From NCBI GenBank assembly GCA_964390305.1, contig CAYMHT010000003.1, forward strand, positions 10,270 through 74,269: a stretch of DNA of 64,000 nt, in the 5' to 3' direction. Both the position numbers and the translations under genes were made by a program. The notes beneath the pieces are model-generated. The model did not search any database, was not told the origin of the DNA, and worked only from the letters and a program-made list of their open reading frames with translations. Within the stretch, counting starts at the first letter, position 1. Every line of letters begins with the position of its first letter. Shown one piece after another: positions 39,674 through 49,419 of the stretch. This stretch comes from an uncultured Anaerolineales bacterium. Its GTDB lineage: Bacteria > Chloroflexota > Anaerolineae > B4-G1.

Positions 39674-41672
39674 GAATATTCCTCCTCAACAGCCATTCTA
39701 CCAGACCTAGCCCCAGAAGGAAAGCAAAGGCCAGGTCGACGAAGAAGAACGAGGCATCGATCATACCGTGAGCCAGGGTGTAGGCCATCGATCCGATCAA
39801 GCCGAGTGTCAGCGCCCGATGACTGTGACTTGCGCTGCTGGTGAGCGTGTGTGCGCGTCGCCAGAAGAGAACCTGGAGCAAGACGCCGGCTGCCAGGCCC
39901 AGAAGGCCCAGTCGGGTTGCATAAGTGAGCAGAACGTTGTGCGCGTGCGAGAGATGTGGTTCCTGCCAGGCGGTAGGTAGGATGTATCGCCCTCGATATT
40001 GATAGAGGAAGTTGTCCGGACCGACCCCGAGCCAGGGATGGTCGACGAACATCTTCCACGATGAGCGCCACAGCTGAAGCCGAAAGAACAGCGTGCCGGT
40101 GGTAGGGTCCAGAAGTCCGGCGAAGCGGGGCGTGCTCAACAAGGGGATGATGACCACCGCGGCTGAGGCCAGGAGAGCCACCAGGATCCAGCGCCACCGC
40201 TTGCGTGCGAATACCGCCAGCGCCACCAGCGACACCGGGATCCCCACAAGAATCGCCCCCCGTGAGAAGCTGAGCAACACGGCCAGCGCCACCGGCGCCG
40301 CCAGGATGCCGTAGGCGAGGCGTTGGCGATTTCCGGTGCCGAAGACTGTCATGGCTGCCAGCACTGGCAGTGTTCGGCCCAGATAGAGGGCGGCATTGTT
40401 CGGGGACCCGTACACGGAACGGAGACGCCGGAAGCCCTGCTCAGCCGTGATCACGTTGATGTCCAGAGCGTACTGGGAGAGCCCGATCAAGGCGACTGTC
40501 ACGCCTCCTCCCACGAAGGCTCCCACGATGCGCCGTACGTCGGTCTCATCCAGTCTCGACGTGCGCAGCATGAGGTAGAAGGCAGCCGGCTCCAAAATGA
40601 CGACTCGCAGCTCACGCAGCGCGACGTGCCGGTGGTCGGCGAAAAGCGTGGAGACGGCGGCCGACAGCACCAGCAACAGGACAGCGAGATCCATGAGTGA
40701 CACATGTTGGAGACATGATGCCACAGAGCCACGAATAGGCGTCCGGATCTGCCTGATTCCCCACGATACCATGCACAGCAGAGTCGTGATCTCTGCCATT
40801 GAGAACGACTTGTGGAGTACCGTGCGGGGACGCAGGTAGAACGGCGCACTGAATGCAATCAGTGCCAAACCGAGATCGGGTCGCATTATGATGGCTGCAG
40901 CCAGCACCACGCCACTGGCCCATGTGAGGGCCGACCAAGGCGAGACATAGAAAACGGCAGCAGCGATACCGAGAGAGACCGGAGATCGAAGGAGCGAGAA
41001 AGGGAAGCGCAGATTGGGGCTCGCAGATGGCGGGCTTGAGATGCGGGCTTCGTTTCTTGCGGTGCTCGTCTCCCTTGCCCATCTTGCTCCGCAGCCGATC
41101 GCGCCGACGAGAAAGGCCACGGCGATCCCCCCCAGCGCCCTCACACTCTCATCGTGTTGCCGCGTATCTGGCCCCCGCTGGACACGCCAGCCGACCAGCG
41201 GCCACTGATTCCATCCCCGGTCCGCGACTACCTCCGCGAAATGAGCTCCGTCGTCGAGATCACCGGCGACGGGAATGGTCGTTACCTGCGGCTCGTAGTC
41301 CGGTGAGCTGAGTACGAGGTAGGCGCCACGCTCCGTGCGAGGCAACCGATTCGCTGGCTCACCGTCGACGCTGACCCAGAGGTGGGCTCGGTAGTCTCCC
41401 CGTCGTACCACGAGAGCGAGCTGGGTGCCGGTGAATGGGATGGTGACCCGATCGGTTCCCGCGAGGCTGCCAGCCTGACTGGGATCAGCCCCCTGCTCGG
41501 AGAGCTTCCAATCGCCCTCCCACTGTGCGTCGCCGGTCAGCGGCGTGTACGACTGGGCGGTTTCCTGACCGGAGATGTGTTGCCTGAGCGTGAGCACCGC
41601 ACAGATCAGAAGCACGCTTGCCGCCAGGCCGATCAAGCAGACGAGGAAAGACGTTCGCGGGCTTCGGTTCAT
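39657..41672 (-). CDS. Large Wzy_C domain membrane protein (second O-antigen ligase-like protein) with N-terminal extracytoplasmic domain
   Basis: Signal anchor, a ~200-aa soluble region, then ≥10 TM helices with an O-antigen-ligase-like loop. Confidence 0.6.
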   Translation of the reverse strand: MNRSPRTSFLVCLIGLAASVLLICAVLTLRQHISGQETAQSYTPLTGDAQWEGDWKLSEQGADPSQAGSLAGTDRVTIPFTGTQLALVVRRGDYRAHLWVSVDGEPANRLPRTERGAYLVLSSPDYEPQVTTIPVAGDLDDGAHFAEVVADRGWNQWPLVGWRVQRGPDTRQHDESVRALGGIAVAFLVGAIGCGARWARETSTARNEARISSPPSASPNLRFPFSLLRSPVSLGIAAAVFYVSPWSALTWASGVVLAAAIIMRPDLGLALIAFSAPFYLRPRTVLHKSFSMAEITTLLCMVSWGIRQIRTPIRGSVASCLQHVSLMDLAVLLLVLSAAVSTLFADHRHVALRELRVVILEPAAFYLMLRTSRLDETDVRRIVGAFVGGGVTVALIGLSQYALDINVITAEQGFRRLRSVYGSPNNAALYLGRTLPVLAAMTVFGTGNRQRLAYGILAAPVALAVLLSFSRGAILVGIPVSLVALAVFARKRWRWILVALLASAAVVIIPLLSTPRFAGLLDPTTGTLFFRLQLWRSSWKMFVDHPWLGVGPDNFLYQYRGRYILPTAWQEPHLSHAHNVLLTYATRLGLLGLAAGVLLQVLFWRRAHTLTSSASHSHRALTLGLIGSMAYTLAHGMIDASFFFVDLAFAFLLGLGLVEWLLRRNIRGQKA

Positions 41673-41690
41673 CGGTCCGTTAGCGCCTCG

Positions 41691-43250
41691 TCAGCGCCAT
41701 TGAACAGCGGTCACCCCGCCGCCGTCGTTGAGCTGATACGCCCCGTCCCCCGGGACTTCGATAAGGTAGAGGTTCTCTCGGTAGATGGCGACGAAGCGGT
41801 CGCCCGCCGGCCCCCAGGCTATCTCGGGATATTGTACCCCTATCTCCCGATCCGGCGGAAAGACAGGCTGTTGGTCCGACCCATCACGATCCATTACGTA
41901 GAGGTCGTAGTTGCTGGTCTGGCTGGCGCGGGAGTCGCGGGCGCGGCCAAAGGCGATGAGCTCGGTCTCTGGCGCGAACGCTGGGGCCGACCACATGCCC
42001 GCCTCGCTGGCGAGCTTCGCGCTGGTCATCCCATCAGCGGCTAGCGTCCAGACGTCGAAGACGGGACTGTCCTCCGGCGTCTCTCCCGTCGGGGCGGGCC
42101 CGTGCAACGTGGTGACGATGAATTCGCCCTCAGGTGACCACCCGACGCTGGGCACCCAGACCCACGGGGCGTAAGTACGGAACGGGGCGAACTGAGCCAG
42201 CTGGGTCCGATGTCCATCGTAGGCGCGGATGACGCCGACTTCGTCGGCTTGGGCATAGGCCAGGCGCTGTCCGTTGGGGGACCAGGCGTAGGTCGTGCCC
42301 CACCAGCCATAGGATCCTCCACCAGAAGGCTCCACAACCTCTCGCCTGCCCACGACCTCGCCCGCGCCTGGGCGAGCGCGACCGATCCACAGGTCGTTGT
42401 TCGCCCGCCACCCCGGATTCCCGTCGGCCGGTGTACCGGTGGCGAAAGCGATTCGACAGCCTATGCTCGTGCGGGTGACGTCGCAGTCGGGTTCCCACTC
42501 CGCCCAAAGGACGTTATTGACTTCCAGCTGGGCTGGTTCCGCGTCGACCGTGGAGGTATCGACGATCCAAAGCGTGTTGACCACCGAGCTGTCCTCGGTC
42601 TCGGTTGGCAACCTGGTGAAGAGCAGCTGAGACCCATCGGCAGAGAGAGCAAAGACCCGGCCATCCAGGTCGCCTTCATGGGTAAGCCGGCCCTGATTGG
42701 AGCTGGTTCTGCGCATCACCCAGGCATTGTGATTGGCGATATAGGCGATGGTGCCCGTGATGGAAATCGGCCTCTGGTTTGGCCGTCTTCCGACCAGGAC
42801 GACCTCAGTCCGCGGTTCACGGACTGTGACTTGCTCTACGACACGGCGATCAACCTCTACGCCGTCCTCGAGGGTGATCTGATACGTGACTTCCTCAACC
42901 CCAGTGCGGCCGGGCTCCAGGAGCTTCGTGTCGCCCTCCGGAATCGACGTGTCGCGTACCGTTCGGCGATCGAAGGGTATCTCGTGCCTTTCTTTCTCGC
43001 TATGCGTCTCGACCCGCACAATGCGGATCGTCATGCCGTCCTGGATCAGGGTCGGCTCCGCCGGGCTTACGCGGTCCTCAGCGCTGAGTGTGACGTCAGC
43101 CTCGGCCAGCAAGTCCCGAACAGTCAGGACTTCCGTCACGATGGTGCGGCTTCTGCCGTCGGTGACCAGGGTGACCGTACAGCCGTCAGGGGAGGAAGCA
43201 CACGCCACCAGGGCGAGGAGCAGAAGGGGGGCAATCCAGCGGTTCCTCAT
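41691..43250 (-). CDS. Lipoprotein with DUF348/G5 region and TolB-like (WD40-like) beta-propeller
   Basis: Lipobox LLALVAC. G5-like segment (GVEEVTYQITLEDGVEV...VREPRTEVVLVG), then PD40/TolB-like repeats. The ORF continues upstream to 43301. Confidence 0.6.
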   Translation of the reverse strand: MRNRWIAPLLLLALVACASSPDGCTVTLVTDGRSRTIVTEVLTVRDLLAEADVTLSAEDRVSPAEPTLIQDGMTIRIVRVETHSEKERHEIPFDRRTVRDTSIPEGDTKLLEPGRTGVEEVTYQITLEDGVEVDRRVVEQVTVREPRTEVVLVGRRPNQRPISITGTIAYIANHNAWVMRRTSSNQGRLTHEGDLDGRVFALSADGSQLLFTRLPTETEDSSVVNTLWIVDTSTVDAEPAQLEVNNVLWAEWEPDCDVTRTSIGCRIAFATGTPADGNPGWRANNDLWIGRARPGAGEVVGRREVVEPSGGGSYGWWGTTYAWSPNGQRLAYAQADEVGVIRAYDGHRTQLAQFAPFRTYAPWVWVPSVGWSPEGEFIVTTLHGPAPTGETPEDSPVFDVWTLAADGMTSAKLASEAGMWSAPAFAPETELIAFGRARDSRASQTSNYDLYVMDRDGSDQQPVFPPDREIGVQYPEIAWGPAGDRFVAIYRENLYLIEVPGDGAYQLNDGGGVTAVQWR

Positions 43251-43371
43251 AGAGCCGATTATACCATTGCGGAGCCGGTGGGGCAACGGACGCACACCCA
43301 TCGGTCTCGGCTGCTGCTGAGGGATTGCCAGGGACAGGGGATGTGCTACAATTCCGGGTGGGAGGTATTGT

Positions 43372-43749
43372 ATGGCTACAGCTGAAGAGAGAATGGAAAT
43401 CTTGAAGATGGTTCAGAGCGGCCAGATAAGCGCTGAGGAAGGCGCGACGCTCCTGAAGGCTCTGAAGGAGGAAGAGGAACCCCGTCCTGGTCCAGAAGGC
43501 GTTGCTCGCATGCAACAGCCCCGCCGCCTCCGTATCCGCGTGTCCGAGCTGGAGACTGGTCGCCGCAAGGTGAACATCGACTTGCCCTGGAATCTGATCA
43601 ACGTGGGCATGCATATGGGCGCCCGCTTTGCTCCTGAAGGGATCAACCTCGAGGAAGTCATGCGGGCTCTCCAGGCCGGTACCGAGGGTAAGATCGTCGA
43701 CGTCGAGGACGCGGAGGATAACGAGAGGGTGGAGATCTTCGTCGAGTAG
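43372..43749 (+). CDS. Hypothetical protein (125 aa)
   Basis: High GC3. The N-terminal helix EILKMVQSGQISAEEGATLLKAL resembles SHOCT/LiaG-N-like helices; no firm assignment. Confidence 0.45.
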   Translation: MATAEERMEILKMVQSGQISAEEGATLLKALKEEEEPRPGPEGVARMQQPRRLRIRVSELETGRRKVNIDLPWNLINVGMHMGARFAPEGINLEEVMRALQAGTEGKIVDVEDAEDNERVEIFVE

Positions 43750-43862
43750 GGCAACGATCTCGTTGGGCACCGCCCAGACCGCCGAAGCTCGTCCGGCGTC
43801 CTGGATCTCAGTAGACGGCTGTTACGGTAGGGAGACCCCCATGACCTCGCCGTTGGGGGTCT

Positions 43863-46800
43863 TCACGCTTCTTGTCGGCGGACGACCATCAGGGTGAGAT
43901 CGTCTGAGGGGGGACTGTCGCCGACGAACGCTGCAACACTGTCGAGGACAGCATTCAGAACCGCCTCGGCCGAACGGTCTCTGCTGGGGGCCTGGATGAC
44001 ATCTCGAAGTCGCTCCTCGCCGTAGAACGCCCTTTGAGGAGAGACGGCCTCTGTGATGCCGTCGGTGTAAAGAACCATGTAGTCGCCAGGTGCCAGAACG
44101 GTCTCGTGTTCGTGGAACTGGGCGCCCTCCACCACCCCCAGCGCGATCTCTCCTCTCTCCAGCTGTTCGATACTGCCCGCGCCGTACCGCACGACAAGCG
44201 GCGGATGATGTCCCGCGCTGGCATAGACCAGCCTGCCCGTCTCCGGGGACAGGATCGCATAGAGCGCGGTGACGAACATGCCGTGTCGAGCATCGGGCAC
44301 CAGCAAATCATTTACGCGCCTCAAAGCGCTCGAAGGCGACCGCCTCTCAGCGGCGGCGGCGCGCATCAACGTTCGAGTGAGTGCCATGAAGAGCGCAGCG
44401 GGCATACCCTTGTCGGCCACGTCCGCGATGACCAGGCCCAGCTTCCTCTCAGGCAACTCGAAAACATCGTAGAAGTCGCCGGCCACCTGTCGAGCCGCGC
44501 GCCACGCGACGGCCAACTCCCAGCCCGGGATGTGCGGTAGATGCTCCGGCATGAACGTCTCTTGAATCTCGTGGGCCAGTTGAAGCTCTCGCTCCAGGCG
44601 TTCCCGCTCGGCCATTTCCTGTTGAAGAAGGTCATTCTGCACGGCCAGAGCGGTCTGTTGGGCGATGCCCGTGATGATCTCCAGCCTCCGCTCGCCAAAC
44701 CTATGGGATCGACCGCTCTCCCCGACCACCATCGCCCCGAGCACATTCCCCTTCACCGATAGGGGCGCTGCCAGAAGGGCAGTCCGCTCCCCAGGTGCCT
44801 CGGCTGCCAGTTCCCCGATCAACTCGTCTGGGACGAGGTCCCCGATCTCGTCAGGACCGTCCAGGGTGATCAGTTCGTTCTGCTCGCGGACGAGGTCGAG
44901 CAGCGGGAACTCCCCGGTCGCGAATGCGCCGTCTGGCAGGGAACCACCGTATGTCTGCGCGGGTCGGAAAAGCTCCTCGTCATCGCTCCACACGAAGACG
45001 GCGCATCGTTCGACGCCGATGAGCATAGGGGTGATGCGGACAATCGCCTCCAGAATCTCGTCGAGATCGTTGAGGCTGACCACGGCCTGTGCGACCTGAA
45101 GCAGGGCGGCCGACACGTAGGCTTCTTCCTGGCGTTCCTCCAGCAACCGGGCGTTCTCGGCAGCCGCAGCTGCTTGGTACGCGATGCCACGCATGATCGC
45201 CACGCGCTCCTCGCGCAGTCCCTCTGGCTCGCGGACGTCTTGCTCGGGCTGGTAGTCGACGAGCATCGCCCCCAACACCTCACCGTGGGCAAGGAGCGGC
45301 AGAAGGAGAGGGGATTCGAACCCTTCGAGAGGTGGGGGCAGGGGACTCGAAGCCTCGTGCGGCGAGCGCTCAATGAATACCGGTTCCTTGAGGATGCGCG
45401 TTCTGTCGAACGCTGGGATGTCACCAGGGGCGACCTCCAGGCGGTCGAACGCGCGCTCCTGCTCTTCGCTGAGGCCGCAGGCGCCGGCCGGGAGGAACAA
45501 CGCGTCGACCTCGTCCCACAGGAATAGCGCGCAGCGCTCCATTCCGACGAGCATAGGAATCAGGCGCACGACTGTATCGAGTACCTCGTCCAGGGTGACC
45601 AGCGACTGGGTTGCCTCGGCGACTTGGAGCAGGACCGTCGAGATGTACGCTTGCTCTTGGGCTCTCTGGTAGAGACGGGTGTTTTCGATCGCAACGGCGG
45701 CGTAGCTGGCAAAGGCAGCGGTCATACGGCGCGATTCGGTGCCGTACCGCTCTGGTGTCCGGTGGGCGAGAGTCAGCAGGCCGAGCTGTCGGTCGCCCGC
45801 CCGGAGCGGGGCAGCAATGGCGGAATAGTCAGATGGGAAACCGAGGCTCGCTCCCAGAGGCTCGCGTGGCGCTGTCGGCGAGCGAACGAGAGGGCGGTCG
45901 GCACGAAGCGCTTGCCGCAGCCATGAGTCGGCGTCGAGGAGCGAATCGCTCACGCATGCACGCTCCGTGGTGCCATGAACCGCCGACAGACAGAGTGTGT
46001 CGTCCTGTAGTAGCCAGATGGCCGATGCATCGCAAGGCAACAGATCTTCCAGTCTCGTCAAGATCGCGTCCAACACCTCCTCGAGCGCGATGCCGGACGA
46101 CAGCAGTCCGGCCACGTCTCGCATGCTGTCGGCAACCTGTCGTCGCCATCGTTCCGATTGATACAGATTTGCATTACGGATAGCAATGGCCACGCTGTCT
46201 GCCAGGGCTTCGAATACAAAGCGGTCATCGTCGCCGAAGGCATCCCGTCGGTCGCTCTGTACGTCAAGTACGCCGAGCACCTCTCCGCCAAAGACAAGGG
46301 GCACCGCCAGTTCAGCGCGCGCATCGACACCAGGTACCGCCAGGGGGCGATAGCGGGGATCGTCGCGGACGTCGTTGGAGAGCACTGTTTCGCCGTGGCA
46401 AGCGACCCAGGCTACGATTCCTTCCGTGTCCACCAGGCTACACACCGGCTCGCTGTCGTCGAACGCGTCGGGGTCGCCAGGAGGCCACCCTGCCCGGTAG
46501 ACAATCTTCTGTCGAGCGGGATCCACGGTGAAAAGATGGACAAAAGGGTAGCCAAACTGCTCATGGATCAGGGCGACTACCTTACTGAGTAGCTCGTCGA
46601 GGTCAAGGATAGAAGCGACTGCTCGGCTAACCTCAGTCACAGCGGAAAGCTGATCGGCGTGCCGACGCAAGGCACTGTAGAGACGTGCGTCTTCCACAGC
46701 GATAGCGATCTGATCCGCCAAGGCGCCCAGCACGAGGACGTCAGTCTCATCGAAGCGGTCCGGGCGATTGCTCTGGACGTCAAGCACGCCCAGCACCCGT

Positions 46801-47612
46801 TCCTCAATCTTGAGCGGCAGGGCTGCCTCAGACTCGGTCTCCGGGAGTACGTCAACGTAACGGTAGTGGGGCTCACGACTTACGTCTCCCGCCAGAATCT
46901 CCTCACCCGTCTGTGCCACGTGCCCGACGATTCCCTGACCGAGCCGCACAGACGGTGTGGGGGAACGCCGATGCTCATCACTGGATCCGGGTTGGGTAGG
47001 CCCGGCACTCGCGCGGCAGACGAGCGTCTCTTCGTCAGGCTCGAGAGTAAAAAGGGCTACGTAATAGTATCCGAAGGTGCGGAGGACAAGCGTTACCACG
47101 CGACGAGCAAGCTCATCCAGATCGAGGACGCTTGCGACCTCGGCGCTGACCGTGCGCACGAGGGCGAGCTGGCCCAGCCGCCAGCGCTCAGCGGCGACCC
47201 GGCGATCTGCTCGCAGCGCCGTGGCCGCCTGAGTCGCAAGCCCTTGGAGGAGCTCTATCTCCGCGTCACTGAAGTGGGCACCCTCCTGACGTTTCACCTC
47301 TAAGACGCCCAGCGTACCCTCAGGCGTGCGGAGAGGCGCGGCCGCGGTGCCGTCCTCGACCACCAGGCTTGTGCTCCTGAGAGCGCGACGCATCGTCGTC
47401 GACGACGGCTCAGAAGGTGGCGCAGGGCCCTCCACTGACGGGCGCCCGCGCAGTTCCTGGCTTAGCCAGAGTGTGGCTTCTCCTTCTAGCAGGTCTTCTG
47501 CCGCCTGCAGGATCAGCTCTTGCTGAGTGGCGACTCTGGGCTCGTTCAGCAACTGCTCGCCCAGCTCGAGAAGCCGGTGCCACCTACGGGGTGTCGGAGG
47601 GCCGCTGGTCAT
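43863..47612 (-). CDS. Multi-GAF (≈5-6 GAF domains) PP2C/SpoIIE-type phosphatase (RsbU/RsbP-like partner-switching phosphatase)
   Basis: 1249 aa with repeated GAF-like blocks and a C-terminal SpoIIE/PP2C domain (DFYDVF..., GLVIADVADKGMPAALFMALT, DGITEA). Overlaps rsbW by 29 nt. Confidence 0.8.
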   Translation of the reverse strand: MTSGPPTPRRWHRLLELGEQLLNEPRVATQQELILQAAEDLLEGEATLWLSQELRGRPSVEGPAPPSEPSSTTMRRALRSTSLVVEDGTAAAPLRTPEGTLGVLEVKRQEGAHFSDAEIELLQGLATQAATALRADRRVAAERWRLGQLALVRTVSAEVASVLDLDELARRVVTLVLRTFGYYYVALFTLEPDEETLVCRASAGPTQPGSSDEHRRSPTPSVRLGQGIVGHVAQTGEEILAGDVSREPHYRYVDVLPETESEAALPLKIEERVLGVLDVQSNRPDRFDETDVLVLGALADQIAIAVEDARLYSALRRHADQLSAVTEVSRAVASILDLDELLSKVVALIHEQFGYPFVHLFTVDPARQKIVYRAGWPPGDPDAFDDSEPVCSLVDTEGIVAWVACHGETVLSNDVRDDPRYRPLAVPGVDARAELAVPLVFGGEVLGVLDVQSDRRDAFGDDDRFVFEALADSVAIAIRNANLYQSERWRRQVADSMRDVAGLLSSGIALEEVLDAILTRLEDLLPCDASAIWLLQDDTLCLSAVHGTTERACVSDSLLDADSWLRQALRADRPLVRSPTAPREPLGASLGFPSDYSAIAAPLRAGDRQLGLLTLAHRTPERYGTESRRMTAAFASYAAVAIENTRLYQRAQEQAYISTVLLQVAEATQSLVTLDEVLDTVVRLIPMLVGMERCALFLWDEVDALFLPAGACGLSEEQERAFDRLEVAPGDIPAFDRTRILKEPVFIERSPHEASSPLPPPLEGFESPLLLPLLAHGEVLGAMLVDYQPEQDVREPEGLREERVAIMRGIAYQAAAAAENARLLEERQEEAYVSAALLQVAQAVVSLNDLDEILEAIVRITPMLIGVERCAVFVWSDDEELFRPAQTYGGSLPDGAFATGEFPLLDLVREQNELITLDGPDEIGDLVPDELIGELAAEAPGERTALLAAPLSVKGNVLGAMVVGESGRSHRFGERRLEIITGIAQQTALAVQNDLLQQEMAERERLERELQLAHEIQETFMPEHLPHIPGWELAVAWRAARQVAGDFYDVFELPERKLGLVIADVADKGMPAALFMALTRTLMRAAAAERRSPSSALRRVNDLLVPDARHGMFVTALYAILSPETGRLVYASAGHHPPLVVRYGAGSIEQLERGEIALGVVEGAQFHEHETVLAPGDYMVLYTDGITEAVSPQRAFYGEERLRDVIQAPSRDRSAEAVLNAVLDSVAAFVGDSPPSDDLTLMVVRRQEA

Positions 47613-48027
47613 CCTTACGTTTCACCATGGTCAGCACGTTGCCAGCCTCAGACTCGAAGTCGAAATCTACCTCATCCATAATCCGACGGATAAGGTAGAG
47701 CCCAAGGCCCCCGCCTGTTCGCTCCTCAAGGCCGCAGGTCAGGTCTGGCTCGGGTACCGTCTCGGGATCGAAGGGCCGGCCGGTGTCCCGAAGGGTCACA
47801 GTCAGTTCGTCGTGCTGGGTACGATAGGTGCATTTGATGACGCCGGCTCCTTCACCGCCGTAGGCATGCTCGATGATGTTGGAGCATGCTTCGTCCACTG
47901 CGAGTTGTACCTGATAGACGGTACACTCATCGAAGCCCGCCTGCTCGGCGGCGGCGGCGATGAACTGACTGATCGCTGCCAGGCTCTCGTATCGGGCGGG
48001 GAAGATCTTCGTCTGGGTCTTGCACAT
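47584..48027 (-). CDS. Anti-sigma factor / Ser kinase of RsbW-SpoIIAB type (HATPase_c)
   Basis: 147 aa with an N-box (VDEACSNIIEHAY) and a GxG ATP lid. Confidence 0.8.
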   Translation of the reverse strand: MCKTQTKIFPARYESLAAISQFIAAAAEQAGFDECTVYQVQLAVDEACSNIIEHAYGGEGAGVIKCTYRTQHDELTVTLRDTGRPFDPETVPEPDLTCGLEERTGGGLGLYLIRRIMDEVDFDFESEAGNVLTMVKRKDDQRPSDTP

Positions 48028-48112
48028 GAGCCCTGTAAGGGACGCGGAGACGTCCCAGATTTGCGGAGGACTGGCCTACGCCTTGCGCCTGAGGTGAGGG
48101 AAGGACTTGCCG

Positions 48113-48448
48113 CTAGAAGCTGGCCACAGCCTCTACAACCTCATCGTAGAAGTCGAACAGGGCCACGAAACCAGCCAGATCGAAAGCCTCGTAGATAGGC
48201 TCGGGCACGTTCGCCAACACCAGTTCTCCGCGGTTCAGACGGTGGCACGTCTTCTGCGTATTGATGAGGACCCGTAGACCCGCACTCGAGATGAAGTCGA
48301 CATCGCCCATGTCGAGCACGAGGTTGCACTGTCCTTCGTCGGTGAAGTCCGTCAATGTTCCTGCCAGCTGCGGTGCTGTGGCACTGTCGATCCGGCCCGA
48401 CACCTCGATCACCGCACAGCGCTTGAACTCCCTCGCAGCGATTTCCAT
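48113..48448 (-). CDS. STAS-domain anti-sigma-factor antagonist (RsbV/SpoIIAA-like)
   Basis: 111 aa with the STAS motif DMGDVDFISSAGLRVL and a phosphorylatable Ser. Confidence 0.8.
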   Translation of the reverse strand: MEIAAREFKRCAVIEVSGRIDSATAPQLAGTLTDFTDEGQCNLVLDMGDVDFISSAGLRVLINTQKTCHRLNRGELVLANVPEPIYEAFDLAGFVALFDFYDEVVEAVASF

Positions 48449-48625
48449 CTCATCCTCCTTATAGCATGCCGACTGTGACGTTTGTGAGCTTGAGGAACAG
48501 GGATTATATCACGATGCCCGTTGTCGAACAAGAGCATCGTGTCCGAGGTCTTCGGATCACCCATCCGTTCTTGCCGTCTGACGTGCTGCCCACCGCCAGA
48601 GCATAAGGCCGCTTGACTTCCAATC

Positions 48626-49141
48626 GTGACGTCCTATAATGCGTGCACAATGTTCTCGTCCGGAGGGAGAAAGAGCAGGCTTCTGTTTCGGTCACTGGGG
48701 CGCAAGGTGTCCATCGAGGCGCTGCCCCACGTGGAGCCGATTTTGCTGCTCCAAACCCTGGTCGGGGTTTCCCAGGCCCTGAATGGTAGCGCGGCGCACG
48801 CGGAGTCCCTGGCCCGGGTGCTCATTGCTGATGGTCGGCGGCGGCTCAGCGGGCTGCGCGATGCGGTTCCGCATCTCAGCCTGTCGCTCGATCAGCTGTC
48901 AAGACTGGCCCGGTCCGACGAGAGGAAAGACGAGGATCTCTCGGCCGAGGAAAGTGCGGCCCGGGCATTGCTTGAGGTCTGTCTGGGGTTGGTGCTCCGC
49001 TGGTTGTCGAAGAGACATCCTGACGCACACGCCACGGTGTGGCCTGAACCATCTACACTCTTTCTCTCCATTGGCATTCCTTCTCTCGTTACCCCCCTTC
49101 TTCTGATTCTTCCGCTCAGAGCCAGAGCCTGTCCAATCTAG
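48626..49141 (+). CDS. Possible small hypothetical protein (start uncertain)
   Basis: The core of the ORF (≈48707-49040) has GC3 >75%, typical of real genes here; no homology recognised. Confidence 0.25.
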   Translation: MTSYNACTMFSSGGRKSRLLFRSLGRKVSIEALPHVEPILLLQTLVGVSQALNGSAAHAESLARVLIADGRRRLSGLRDAVPHLSLSLDQLSRLARSDERKDEDLSAEESAARALLEVCLGLVLRWLSKRHPDAHATVWPEPSTLFLSIGIPSLVTPLLLILPLRARACPI

Positions 49142-49419
49142 CGGTCTCAGGATGCGTCCAAGAACAACCTCTCATTCACAATGACGCACATGGAGGCGAG
49201 TCTGCCTCCGAAGGATGAGGGTCTTCTTGAACGTAGCCTGACTGGTTGCTGAAAGTACCTGGTCGCTCGAGTCGCGCCGCCATGTTCGTTGGCGTACGAT
49301 TCTCCAGGTAACGAAGCGTTACCTCTCTGGAGTCTGAACTGGGTTCGACCACCCGTGGAGCCAGTCCAGGGAGGAGACAAGGCTCTTTGGTTTCTGACAG
49401 ACACGCGGAGGAGGATGTC

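Noticed and set aside
49320-49350. GGGTTCGACCACCC resembling a tRNA T-arm
   Set aside because: No complementary T-stem, acceptor stem or D/anticodon arms can be built around it on either strand.
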